A stretch of 64,000 nucleotides of DNA, from contig JBOFDS010000011.1 in NCBI GenBank assembly GCA_051647245.1, positions 47,945 to 111,944 on the forward strand, written 5' to 3'. A model generated the notes under the pieces. It did not search any database. It was not told the origin of the DNA and saw only the letters and a list, made by a program, of their open reading frames with translations. Each line of letters begins with the position of its first letter. Position 1 is the stretch's first letter. The position numbers and the translations under genes were made by a program. Below, piece after piece: positions 47,684 to 57,442 of this stretch. The stretch comes from Brevinema sp. Its GTDB lineage: Bacteria; Spirochaetota; Brevinematia; Brevinematales; Brevinemataceae.

Positions 47684-48733
47684 TTATTCTTCATTATCCA
47701 TAAGGAGATCATGAAGATCTTTTTCACTAAAGACTCCAACAACTTCATGTAGTTGAATTGCTCTTCTTGAGCCAAAAAGACCTGGTTTTGCTTTAAATTT
47801 AACGTGCCTACCGATGTAGACTTCGATATCGGCGTTCATACGAACGTCAAAACGAATCACATCACCTTCACGAAGACGGCTAACATCCGAAAATGGAAGC
47901 GTCGTTTCAGCTAGCTGCGCAATCATAGTGAGCTTAATATCGTTAATTTGTTGTTTAATGAAATTAATATGCTCGGTGGTAACACTCTTATTCACAGCTG
48001 CGTACCAGTATTGAGCAGATAGTTTTGTAATAATAGGTTCGATAGTAATATAAGGAATACAAAAATTGATCATGCCTTCGACTTCACCGATTTTTGTATC
48101 AAAAGTTGTCAAAATAACCATACTATTCGGAGGAACAATCCCAACGAATTGAGGATTTGTTTCGATATTACCTAGACGAGGACGAAGGTCAGTCATATTT
48201 GCCCAAGATTCACGAAGGTTACCAAGAAGACGTACCAAAATCCCCTCAATCACAGACATTTCGATATCTGTCAATTCACGGTTAGTTTTAAGTGTTTCTC
48301 CCTTACCACCAAAAAGACGATCAATAATAGAAAAAGTAATAGCCGGATCGATCTCGATCACAGCACTGCCCTTGAGAGGGTCCATATTGACAATTCCTAA
48401 AGTCGTAGGTGATGGGATAGAACGAGTGAACTCTTCATAGGTTAACTGATCTACTGAGACAACGTGTACCTGAATCAGAGAACGTAACTGAGCCGCAAGG
48501 GATGTCGTCGTGAGACGAGCAAATGTTTCATGGATCATCTGCAAAGTACGAACCTGATCCTTCGAGAATTTATCCGGTCTACGAAAATCATAGACTTTTA
48601 GACGTTTTTTATTCCCGTAAGGAGTTCTTCCACTATCGCGGACAGGCTGGTTTTCATCAGCACCTGCTTCAGGAAACCCCGAAACAGCCGTAAGAAGGGC
48701 GTCAATTTCATCTTGTGACAATATTTCTGTCAT
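47684..48733 (-). CDS. fliM: flagellar motor switch protein FliM
   Basis: N-terminal LSQDEIDALL CheY-P binding peptide, middle-domain GGxG-type motif (DRLFGGKGE), C-terminal SpoA-like region. Confidence 0.9.
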   Translation of the reverse strand: MTEILSQDEIDALLTAVSGFPEAGADENQPVRDSGRTPYGNKKRLKVYDFRRPDKFSKDQVRTLQMIHETFARLTTTSLAAQLRSLIQVHVVSVDQLTYEEFTRSIPSPTTLGIVNMDPLKGSAVIEIDPAITFSIIDRLFGGKGETLKTNRELTDIEMSVIEGILVRLLGNLRESWANMTDLRPRLGNIETNPQFVGIVPPNSMVILTTFDTKIGEVEGMINFCIPYITIEPIITKLSAQYWYAAVNKSVTTEHINFIKQQINDIKLTMIAQLAETTLPFSDVSRLREGDVIRFDVRMNADIEVYIGRHVKFKAKPGLFGSRRAIQLHEVVGVFSEKDLHDLLMDNEE

Positions 48734-48769
48734 CGCTATTCCTTATCTTTTTTTTACAAGGTGATAATC

Positions 48770-49303
48770 TTAGGATATTTGGAACTCTGTAAAGTAAACC
48801 GCATCAACCTCTCCATCAATCATAATATTATTGATAGTTCTACGGATCTCTTCTTTAAGTTGTTCTTTTTCCAAATATTCATCAATCTGATTCTTTTCTT
48901 TTGTATTTAAAAGATTTAAGATCAAATCTTTAATCTGAGTCGTTCTTGAAACCAACTCATTGTGCAAAATTCTATTATCTGTTTTATAACCAAGAGACAA
49001 GGATACTCTGATAAAGTGATTCGCATCAATATCAGCAGTATTCAAACGAAACTCTCCAACTTCAAAATAAGACAAAGGTGCAGGTTTTGGTTGTAATTGG
49101 ACAGAAATCACGTCTTCGTTTCTTTCTTTGTTGATTTTACCCTTAAAGACCAAAAACATAATACTCACAGAGAAAAGAATAGACACAACAACAGAAATGA
49201 GATATCCAAGAGATTTAGATAAAAATTGAGCTACAGGACTTCCAGATTTTATGGTCTGACTGCCTCCCCCTAGCTCCTCATCAAGCATTTCATCATCTGC
49301 CAT
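48770..49303 (-). CDS. fliL: flagellar basal-body-associated protein FliL
   Basis: Single TM helix then the FliL domain (FEVGEFRLNTAD...FIRVSLSLGY...IKDLILNLL...LKEEIRRTINNI...VYFTEFQI). Confidence 0.8.
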   Translation of the reverse strand: MADDEMLDEELGGGSQTIKSGSPVAQFLSKSLGYLISVVVSILFSVSIMFLVFKGKINKERNEDVISVQLQPKPAPLSYFEVGEFRLNTADIDANHFIRVSLSLGYKTDNRILHNELVSRTTQIKDLILNLLNTKEKNQIDEYLEKEQLKEEIRRTINNIMIDGEVDAVYFTEFQIS

Positions 49304-49507
49304 GGCTAACCCCCCTAAGCGTAATTGTGTTACTTTATATATTATTATACATTATATCTATATTTTATAAAAATTTTAAAGAAATCGCAAGGTTTTGCTC
49401 AATATATTTTTATTGATATATTTTCTATTCTATGTTACAATATAATCGATTTTTCAATATTATAAAATCAATAAAATTTTCTATCTATGAGTCTTGAGGA
49501 GATAAGA

Positions 49508-50212
49508 ATGATTATTTGTCATCACAATGGCATTTTTAACGAAAATACATGGATTTACAAAAATCCTGAGACCAAAGAAGCGCTCATCATCGATCCAGGA
49601 GACGAACTTCCTGCATTATTTGAGATCCTAGAAGGTTATAAGGTCACCCATATTGTTGTGACACATGGTCATCCCGATCATATTCAAGGACTGGACGAAA
49701 CAAAAAAACAATATCCAGACGCTATTATTGTAGCACATGAGCTTGCAAAAACCACTTTCAGTAATGCTGATTACAATCTTTCACACTATATGAATCTCGA
49801 AGTAATCGCCCCAGATCCAGAATGGACATTCTCGACAGATCATACTCACATTGATCTTTTGAGTATGGATTGGGAATTATTACATACTCCAGGACATGCG
49901 ATCGATCATTTATGTGTATATAATGCAGAAAAGAAAATTGTATTTGTTGGCGACATGATATTCGAACAAAAAAGCATGCTTTCCGCAAAAATTTCTAGTG
50001 GAGATCCAACAATCCCTAGTGATTTTGAGTTCACCATTGGAAGAACAGATTTTCCTTATGGCTGTAACATTGACACGATGCATGAGTCTGTATCCCGACT
50101 CCTTTCCTTGCCTGAAGACACAACGGTATACTCTGGTCATGGACGTGTTTTCTCTTTGAAAGAGGCTAAAGATTGTTTATACTCCTATATTGAAGGTAAA
50201 ATCAATAAATAA
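49508..50212 (+). CDS. MBL-fold metallo-hydrolase (glyoxalase II-like)
   Basis: VTHGHPDHIQG, HTPGHAIDH. Start chosen by the GAGGAG RBS and by alignment with the paralogue. Confidence 0.8.
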   Translation: MIICHHNGIFNENTWIYKNPETKEALIIDPGDELPALFEILEGYKVTHIVVTHGHPDHIQGLDETKKQYPDAIIVAHELAKTTFSNADYNLSHYMNLEVIAPDPEWTFSTDHTHIDLLSMDWELLHTPGHAIDHLCVYNAEKKIVFVGDMIFEQKSMLSAKISSGDPTIPSDFEFTIGRTDFPYGCNIDTMHESVSRLLSLPEDTTVYSGHGRVFSLKEAKDCLYSYIEGKINK

Positions 50213-50223
50213 TCGAGGCAGAT

Positions 50224-50847
50224 ATGATTAAACAGTATACCAACGGTCTCTTTGAAGAGAATTCTTGGATTTATATAAATGATCAAACAAACGAAGCTAT
50301 CGTTGTCGATCCTGGCGATGAAGTAGATGGTTTGATCGAACTTGTCGGCACGTCAAAAGTTACCCACATCTTTATCACTCATGGACATTTTGACCATATC
50401 CAAGGCTTGGAAGAATTTAAAGAACACTACCCAGAAGCGCAAATCGTCGCTCATGAGCTTGCACATGAAACGCTCCCAAACCCTGACAAAAATCTCTCCC
50501 ACTTGGTAGGATTAGATGTGATTGCTCCAAAACCAGACATCACCTACTCTGGAGAAGTTGGACAAATCACAGCAGCAGGTCAAGAGTGGACAATGATCCA
50601 CACTCCAGGACATGCGATCGATCACACTATCTTCTTCGGGCAAGATCAGACCATCTTTGGTGGCGATCTCGTCTTCACGGAAGGTGCTATGGGAAGAATT
50701 GATTTTCCAGGTTGTGATCAAGTGGCTATGCGTGTGTCCTTGGCGAAGATTTTGGCAGCACCTGATACAGCAATGGTGTATCCAGGTCATGGCGAGTCTT
50801 TCTTAATCGAAACAATAAAACCTTATTTTTCCTCTCTGAATTTCTAA
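50224..50847 (+). CDS. MBL-fold metallo-hydrolase (tandem paralogue)
   Basis: ITHGHFDHIQG, HTPGHAIDH, PGHG. Confidence 0.85.
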   Translation: MIKQYTNGLFEENSWIYINDQTNEAIVVDPGDEVDGLIELVGTSKVTHIFITHGHFDHIQGLEEFKEHYPEAQIVAHELAHETLPNPDKNLSHLVGLDVIAPKPDITYSGEVGQITAAGQEWTMIHTPGHAIDHTIFFGQDQTIFGGDLVFTEGAMGRIDFPGCDQVAMRVSLAKILAAPDTAMVYPGHGESFLIETIKPYFSSLNF

Positions 50848-50860
50848 ACATAATACCAAT

Positions 50861-50890
50861 AAAAAATACCCCTTTAAGGGGTATTTTTTT
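50861..50890. terminator. bidirectional terminator
   Basis: aaaaaaTACCCCTttaAGGGGTAttttttt. Confidence 0.65.
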
Positions 50891-50892
50891 GT

Positions 50893-52605
50893 TTATAGAT
50901 CTGCTAGTTCTTCTCTAATAAAACTCACAAGGTCTCGAATATATTCCTTAGTGAATTTCAACTCCACTCCTGCGATCTTATAAAGCTCAGCAAGCGGTTT
51001 TTGATGACCAGCATTGAGGAAGTTTTTGTAATTTTCTATGGCACGTTTTGGGTCTTTTTTGTATTCACGATAAACAGCCAAAGCTCCGAGTTGCGCAATA
51101 CCATACTCAATATAGTAGAACGGCACTTCAAAGATATGTAATTGGAAGAGCCACTGTATCGCCTTTTGAGTATCAAGCTCACTCCAGTCCAATCCAGCTT
51201 TATCGGAGAATTGAGCCATAATTTCTAAAAATGCTTGTTCACGTTTTTGAGCAGTATCGGCATTTGTGTAAATTTGCTGTTGGAATTTGTCCACAATCAT
51301 ACACCATGGGAAAAACTTCAAAGCTCCAGCAATTTGATCATACTTTGCTTTTTTGAAATCAGCAGGATCGGTGTAACATTCCGTCCAATGATCCATCGTC
51401 AACATCTCCATACTCATCGACGCAAGCTCCGCTGCCTCCATAGGAAGCCCAAGTAAACTTGTATAAGGATGATTACCTTGAGCAAATTCATGCATCGCAT
51501 GCCCTATCTCATGCACCAAAGTCGTCAGATCACTGTGCATTCCGACAGCATTCATAAAGATAAAAGAAGCTCCATATTTATAGAGAGGGTAAGAATAGCC
51601 ACCAGGTGCTTTATTTTTTCTGTTAAAAAGATCTAAAAGATCCGTATCACGCATAGAGGTGAAATTCTCCCCAAAGAGAGGATCTGTCTTTGTCATCATG
51701 GAGATATGTTTTGGAACGAGGTCTGCAGGGTCTTGAACAGGTTTTAAGATTTTCCCGTCCAAGGAAACAGCCGTATCCCAAGGTCTAAGTGTCTCGACTT
51801 TCAAGATGTCTTTACGTTTTTGATTAAGCTCAGCGATGAGAGGCATCATTTCTTCTTGCACAGCATCGTGAAAAGCATGGACATCTTCCACTGTGTAAGA
51901 AAAACGACCTTTTGCTTGGTGCATATAATCACGGAAGTTGTCAAAACCAGCGTTCTTGGCCATCTCTTGTCTAATCTCAAACAAACGATCAAAAAGCTCG
52001 TTCAATTGTTCTTTATGCTCAAGCATCTTACCCGTACGCGCACGCCATGCTGCTTCACGAACTGATCTGTCCTTGTTTTGAAGGTATACCGCGAGTTCAG
52101 GGAGCGTTTTTTCAGCACCATCAAACTCAACAGACATCCCACCAACAATAGTCCTATACTCCAATCCCAACTCAGATTCTTTTGTGCTCAAAGGAATATT
52201 TTCCTCGCGGAAAAGATCGTAACTATTACGCATGATCTTGTTGAGGAGTTCTCCTGTCATGTCATGAGCTTTGATCCACTCAGGCAATGCAGGGGAATTG
52301 AGGATGATTTTTTTGAATTCAAAATCCTTCGCAGCATAATAGGCAACAATATTCTGTTGAAAAGCATTATAATCTTCAAGGATTTTTTTATCACTCGTAT
52401 TACAAGTACTTTTGATATAAATCTCTGCACCAGTATCATTAATTTTATGATTGAGTTCATCTATTTTTTTCAAAAACAATTCTAGCTCAGGAAGAGTTGC
52501 AGGATTTTCTTGTTCTAATTCAGAAACCCATTTTTCTAAGAGAGAGATATCATAAGGATTGATTTCCCCATCAAAAAAAACAGGTGATTTTATTGATAAT
52601 TTCAT
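50893..52605 (-). CDS. pepF: M3B oligoendopeptidase F family
   Basis: HEIGHAMH zinc motif with downstream E ligand context (MEAAELAS). 570 aa. Confidence 0.85.
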   Translation of the reverse strand: MKLSIKSPVFFDGEINPYDISLLEKWVSELEQENPATLPELELFLKKIDELNHKINDTGAEIYIKSTCNTSDKKILEDYNAFQQNIVAYYAAKDFEFKKIILNSPALPEWIKAHDMTGELLNKIMRNSYDLFREENIPLSTKESELGLEYRTIVGGMSVEFDGAEKTLPELAVYLQNKDRSVREAAWRARTGKMLEHKEQLNELFDRLFEIRQEMAKNAGFDNFRDYMHQAKGRFSYTVEDVHAFHDAVQEEMMPLIAELNQKRKDILKVETLRPWDTAVSLDGKILKPVQDPADLVPKHISMMTKTDPLFGENFTSMRDTDLLDLFNRKNKAPGGYSYPLYKYGASFIFMNAVGMHSDLTTLVHEIGHAMHEFAQGNHPYTSLLGLPMEAAELASMSMEMLTMDHWTECYTDPADFKKAKYDQIAGALKFFPWCMIVDKFQQQIYTNADTAQKREQAFLEIMAQFSDKAGLDWSELDTQKAIQWLFQLHIFEVPFYYIEYGIAQLGALAVYREYKKDPKRAIENYKNFLNAGHQKPLAELYKIAGVELKFTKEYIRDLVSFIREELADL

Positions 52606-52618
52606 GGGTTACCCCTTT

Positions 52619-55258
52619 TTATTTTTGGTAGACAGCAAGACTAGCGCGATTCTTTTGGATTTCATCTTGGATTTCCGCAAGTTTTTCTTGTTCTTTTTTG
52701 ACGACAGTTTCTGGTGCTTTTTTGAGGAATTCTTGATTGTTCAATTTTCCACCAATGGACTTCTCAGCTTTTTCAAGACGCTCGATCTCTTTCTGGAGAC
52801 GCTCGATCTCTTTATCTTTATCGATCAATCCTTCAAGATTAAGGAAGACTTGGAAATCAAATTCCGACGCAGTTGCCTCGCCGGCTTGAGCCTCATAACC
52901 TTCATCTACGATTTTCACATCAGATAATTTTGCTAATTTTTCGATCACACCGGTATTTGCCTCAAAGAAAGCTTTGAGTTTCGCATTCACAGAAATCACA
53001 CAAGAAGGAGCTGTCGCAGGAGGAACATTATTTTCTGAGCGGATCTCACGAACCATGTAGAGAGCTTGTTCAAGACGTTTCATTTGCTCATCAATTTCGA
53101 CAAACATCTCTTGTTCAGAAAATTCTGGGTAAGACATGAAAGCAAGATTTTCTTCCCCAAACACTTCACGAGAAATTTTTTCGGAAATGAATGGCATCAC
53201 AGGACTAAGCATACGAAGAATTCTTTTGAAGATGACAACAATAGTGCTGAGTTTATTTTGGACAAGAGTCGCATCACCAGAAGTTAAAGCAAACTTGGAG
53301 CTTTCTACAAAACGATCACAGAAATCACCCCAAACAAAATCATAAATTTCTTTGGTGACTTCATTGATACGGAAACGATCAAAATGCTGGTCAATCTTTT
53401 GAACAACTTCATTAAGACGGGTTAACATACTTTTGTCGAAGGCATCTTGAGCATAGGAAAGGATCTTCGCTTCGTCGACGGACTTGACATCAAAGTTGTT
53501 GTTTTCGATATTCATCTCAATAAAGCGAGCTGCGTTCCAAATTTTGTTCGCAAAACGCTTCCCGAGATCCACTTTTTCTGTAGAATAAAGGATATCGTTA
53601 CCAAGAGGCGCCAAACGAATAATAGAGAAACGAAGCGCATCTGCGCCATATTCCTTCATAATATCGAGTGGATCAGGAGAATTTCCAAGAGATTTACTCA
53701 TCTTACGACCGAGGTCATCACGAATAATCCCCGTAAAATAAACATCCTTGAATGGGATTTCTTTACGGAAATAGCGTGCAGCCATGATCATACGTGCTAC
53801 CCAGAAGAAAATAATATCGGGACCAGTTACGAGTGTGTCAGTCGGATGATAGTAAGCACGTTCTTCTTCGGTTTTGTGGACAGCATAAGACCAAAGCCAA
53901 GAACTTGCCCAAGTGTCGAGAACGGATTCTTCTTGGGTCATTGCTGATTGACATTTTGGACAGGTCGCAACATGATCAACACTTACTTCTATATGTTGAC
54001 AAGAGGAACAAGTGTACACAGGGATACGATGCCCCCACCAGAGTTGACGAGAAATACACCAATCCTTAATATTATCAAGCCAGTAGTAATAAGTTTTTGT
54101 CCAGTGAGAAGGATGGAATTTGATCTGCTCGTCGACAACAACTTGTTTTGCGTCTTGAGCAAGAGTTTTCATCGCGATAAACCACTGTTCTGAGAGCATA
54201 GATTCAATAGGCACATTCCCACGCTGAGAGTAGCCAACTTTATGTGTATGATTTTCGATTTTGACTAAAGCACCGATGTCTTTCATCATTTTGACCACAG
54301 CTTCACGTGCCTCAAAACGATCCATTCCACGGAATTCTGCAGGAACATAGTCGTTCATTTTGGCATCTTCTGTCATGACCATAGGCATATCAAGCTGATG
54401 ACGCACACCAACTTCATAGTCGTTAGGATCATGTGCCGGAGTAACTTTCACCGCACCTGTACCAAATTCTGGGTCAACGTAAGAATCACCAATGATTGTG
54501 ATTTCTTTATTCATAATAGGAAGAATCGCTGTTTTTCCGATCAAATGCTTATAACGTGGATCTTCTGGATGCACCATAACAGCCACGTCCCCAAACATCG
54601 TTTCAGGACGTGTTGTCGCAATAGTGATACTTTCTTTAGAATCTTTAATCGCATAGGAAAAATGCCACAAATGGCCTTGTTCTTCAACATGCTCAACTTC
54701 TTCATCAGAGATTGCGGATTTGGAGACAGGACACCAGTTGACCATACGCTTGCCTTTGTAAATAAGTCCATCTTTGTAAAGTTCCACGAAAACTTCGAGA
54801 ACTTCTTTGGAATACTCTGCATCCATTGTAAAACGTTCACGACTCCAATCACAAGAAACACCAAGTCGTTTTAATTGATCATTAATGATACCGCCGTATT
54901 TTTCTTTCCATTGCATTGCATAATCAAGAAATTTCTCACGACCTATGTCTTGTTTTTTGATATTTTGTTCTGCGAGCCATTGAATAACCTTAGACTCTGT
55001 AGAAATAGAAGCATGATCCAATCCAGGAATCCAACACGCCTCAAAACCTTTCATTCTTTTGTACCTAATAAGAACATCTTGAATGGTATTATTGAGAATA
55101 TGACCCATATGGAGCATACCTGTAACATTAGGAGGAGGCATCACGATGGTGTAAGGTTTTTTATCACTAGGAGTAGATTTGAAACGATTTTTCGCGAGAT
55201 CTTCCTGAAAAAGACTTATTTCAAAATCTTCAGGATTGTATTGAGTTAAATTTGGCAT
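52619..55258 (-). CDS. valS: valine--tRNA ligase
   Basis: PPPNVTGMLHMGH, editing domain, KMSKSLGN, C-terminal coiled coil. Confidence 0.95.
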   Translation of the reverse strand: MPNLTQYNPEDFEISLFQEDLAKNRFKSTPSDKKPYTIVMPPPNVTGMLHMGHILNNTIQDVLIRYKRMKGFEACWIPGLDHASISTESKVIQWLAEQNIKKQDIGREKFLDYAMQWKEKYGGIINDQLKRLGVSCDWSRERFTMDAEYSKEVLEVFVELYKDGLIYKGKRMVNWCPVSKSAISDEEVEHVEEQGHLWHFSYAIKDSKESITIATTRPETMFGDVAVMVHPEDPRYKHLIGKTAILPIMNKEITIIGDSYVDPEFGTGAVKVTPAHDPNDYEVGVRHQLDMPMVMTEDAKMNDYVPAEFRGMDRFEAREAVVKMMKDIGALVKIENHTHKVGYSQRGNVPIESMLSEQWFIAMKTLAQDAKQVVVDEQIKFHPSHWTKTYYYWLDNIKDWCISRQLWWGHRIPVYTCSSCQHIEVSVDHVATCPKCQSAMTQEESVLDTWASSWLWSYAVHKTEEERAYYHPTDTLVTGPDIIFFWVARMIMAARYFRKEIPFKDVYFTGIIRDDLGRKMSKSLGNSPDPLDIMKEYGADALRFSIIRLAPLGNDILYSTEKVDLGKRFANKIWNAARFIEMNIENNNFDVKSVDEAKILSYAQDAFDKSMLTRLNEVVQKIDQHFDRFRINEVTKEIYDFVWGDFCDRFVESSKFALTSGDATLVQNKLSTIVVIFKRILRMLSPVMPFISEKISREVFGEENLAFMSYPEFSEQEMFVEIDEQMKRLEQALYMVREIRSENNVPPATAPSCVISVNAKLKAFFEANTGVIEKLAKLSDVKIVDEGYEAQAGEATASEFDFQVFLNLEGLIDKDKEIERLQKEIERLEKAEKSIGGKLNNQEFLKKAPETVVKKEQEKLAEIQDEIQKNRASLAVYQK

Positions 55259-55281
55259 AGGAGCTCCTTTGTATTGTGCAG

Positions 55282-55302
55282 AATATTGATTGAATCAATA
55301 TT
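55282..55302. promoter_or_regulatory. 21-bp perfect palindrome, candidate operator between valS and accB
   Basis: AATATTGATT-g-AATCAATATT. The sequence is certain; the function is inferred only. Confidence 0.3.
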
Positions 55303-55433
55303 ATTATATTATAAAGCTAGCTCTGAAAATTGTCAATATATCCTCAATCTATCGAAAAGATAAGGTCTCTTTGATTGATTTTTTTGAAAAAATTCATTAT
55401 AATATGAAAAATAAACCATAAATTGAGGACGCT

Positions 55434-55940
55434 ATGAAAAAAATTCTCGGAATTCCTATGGAAGCTCTTGAAGAAATTAAAGATCTCTTCGAACAAACTG
55501 ATATTCAGGATTTCTACCACAAAGAAAAAGATCACACAATTCACATCACACGCAAACAAGCTGTGGTAGCACCTGTAGCAGCAGCACCTGCACCTGTAGC
55601 AGCAATGCCTCAAATGCCTACCGCACCTGTGGAAACAGCTGAAGTTTGTGCTGTGAGAAAACCAACAGAATCCGATGACAATTTTAGTGATGAAAGCAAA
55701 TACACAAAAATCAAATCACCTATTATGGGAACATTTTATACATCTTCTGCACCTGATATGCCTAATTTCGCGGAGATTGGTAAAGTCATCAACGCAGGAG
55801 ATACCGTATGTATCGTCGAAGCAATGAAAATCTTCAACGAAATCAAATCACCTGTAGCTGGAACCGTTGTCGCCATCCTCAAACAAAAAGGCGATAACGT
55901 CTGTGTAGATGATCAATTATTCGTTATCGAAAAAAGATAA
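55434..55940 (+). CDS. accB: biotin carboxyl carrier protein (AccB-type)
   Basis: Ala/Pro-rich linker followed by a biotinyl domain with CIVEAMKIFNEI. Confidence 0.85.
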   Translation: MKKILGIPMEALEEIKDLFEQTDIQDFYHKEKDHTIHITRKQAVVAPVAAAPAPVAAMPQMPTAPVETAEVCAVRKPTESDDNFSDESKYTKIKSPIMGTFYTSSAPDMPNFAEIGKVINAGDTVCIVEAMKIFNEIKSPVAGTVVAILKQKGDNVCVDDQLFVIEKR

Positions 55941-57061
55941 TGCCTCTTCACCGTGTATATCTTCATTACCCATTTTGCTTGACCCTATGTCGTTATTGTA
56001 ATTTTCCTGCTGGTGCTCCACCACGAGAAGAATTTATTGAACCTTATTTTGACGCTCTTGTTAAAGAGATTCAACACTTTGGGGAGAAATTCGATCTCTC
56101 AGAAGTTGCTCATGATTCCTTCTATTTTGGTGGGGGAACGCCTTCTTTGATGCCTGAAAAGCATATGGAGAAGATTTTTGAGCTGATCCCTTTGCACAAA
56201 GGAAGTGAAGTTACCCTAGAAATCAATCCCGAGACCGTAACCAAAGAAAAAGCTCAGTTTTGGAAATCCATTGGCATCAATCGTGTTTCTCTTGGTTGGC
56301 AGTCGATGAACCCCCATACCTTGTCCTTTTTAGGAAGATCAGGTAATGACAGCGATAACATACGATCTTTTGAGATCTTACGCGAAGCTGGCTTTGATAA
56401 CATTTCTGTGGACAGAATTCTTTCTGTGAAAAACGATAGCGATGATGATTTCTTGCAAACCATCAAAAAATATACACCAGACCATATTTCTACGTATCAA
56501 TTAAGTATCGAGGCAAGAACTGTGCTTCATTTTTGGACAAGCACCAAAAAATATATTCCAACTACAGATGCTGAGGCATTATTAATAGAACAAAAAACTC
56601 ACGAAGCGTTGACATCACTTGGTTTTGAGCAATACGAAACCTCAAACTACCACCGCAATGGCAAACAAGGTCAACACAATCTTGGTTACTGGAATTATGA
56701 TCATTGGCTTGGTTTGGGAGGGGGCGCTTCTGGTTTTATCCCTAATGAAGAATATGGATTCCGCTACCGAAATGCCTTTTCTTTCAAAGATTATCTCAAA
56801 GATCCCCTTGCTTACGAAGAAGAAGAGTCGATAGATCGCGAAACAGCAATAAAAGAAGCCCTCATGTTGGCGATTCGAAAAAGAGAAGGCCTTAATAAAG
56901 AATCTTTTGAACAAAAATTTGCAACTTCTTGGCAGGAGTTATTCCCTCGAGGGATACCAACAGATTTTTTTGATGAGACAGAAACCTCACTAATACTAAA
57001 ATATGAGATGATCCCCTTGACCAACCCAGCTACTGTGGCGTTGTGGGATTCTCTTAAGTAA
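55940..57061 (+). CDS. hemW: radical SAM heme chaperone HemW (HemN-like, oxygen-independent coproporphyrinogen oxidase family)
   Basis: YLHYPFCLTLCRYCNF (CxxxCxxC), GGGTPS, HemN_C-like tail. The ATG overlaps the accB stop (TAATG). Confidence 0.85.
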   Translation: MPLHRVYLHYPFCLTLCRYCNFPAGAPPREEFIEPYFDALVKEIQHFGEKFDLSEVAHDSFYFGGGTPSLMPEKHMEKIFELIPLHKGSEVTLEINPETVTKEKAQFWKSIGINRVSLGWQSMNPHTLSFLGRSGNDSDNIRSFEILREAGFDNISVDRILSVKNDSDDDFLQTIKKYTPDHISTYQLSIEARTVLHFWTSTKKYIPTTDAEALLIEQKTHEALTSLGFEQYETSNYHRNGKQGQHNLGYWNYDHWLGLGGGASGFIPNEEYGFRYRNAFSFKDYLKDPLAYEEEESIDRETAIKEALMLAIRKREGLNKESFEQKFATSWQELFPRGIPTDFFDETETSLILKYEMIPLTNPATVALWDSLK

Positions 57062-57082
57062 TGATTAAAAAAAGGGGGGGCT

Positions 57083-57400
57083 ATGATTTCCTTACTCGAC
57101 CACAATCTTAGTACCATTAGAGATTTTTCTCGGGAACATTTTGAAGCACACGTCGATCAGATCAAAGCGATCGCAGAATATAATAAATTTGGGTCTTTTG
57201 GTATCCATGAGATACTCGACCACTATATAAAACTTTCAGATTCCATTCTGGAGAAAAACGAAAAAGAAGGTCAAGAGGAATTTCCGCTTTCTAAAGAAGA
57301 AGCAGTTCTTTATGATTTGATTATCGAAATCGTGAGATTGTGTTACAAATATTCTTACGAAACCTCTGCCGATCATAATGATTGGGAGAACGAATTTTAA
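57083..57400 (+). CDS. hypothetical protein
   Basis: 105-aa acidic helical ORF preceded by A7G7 (an SD-like G-run) and followed by a terminator. Confidence 0.4.
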   Translation: MISLLDHNLSTIRDFSREHFEAHVDQIKAIAEYNKFGSFGIHEILDHYIKLSDSILEKNEKEGQEEFPLSKEEAVLYDLIIEIVRLCYKYSYETSADHNDWENEF

Positions 57401-57409
57401 TTTCCGTAC

Positions 57410-57442
57410 AAAAAAAACTTCCCTATTATAGGGAAGTTTTTT
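57410..57442. terminator. bidirectional terminator
   Basis: aaaaaaaaCTTCCCTattatAGGGAAGtttttt. Confidence 0.65.

Noticed and set aside
52777-52813. 16-nt direct repeat gacgctcgatctcttt, 21 nt apart.
   Set aside because: It lies in the valS C-terminal coiled coil and encodes the heptad-phased KEIERL...KEIERL, so it is a coding-level repeat.
55561-55610. Repetitive gcacctgtagcagca-type DNA.
   Set aside because: It encodes the flexible (A/P/V)n linker typical of biotin carboxyl carrier proteins and is not a regulatory or CRISPR-like repeat.
55344-55613. Minus-strand ORF with a striking Cys/Arg-rich start (MRHCCYRCRCCCYRC...).
   Set aside because: It is the antisense reading of the Ala/Pro-rich linker (GCA/CCT repeats) of accB. 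It is a low-complexity artefact and overlaps a well-supported gene.
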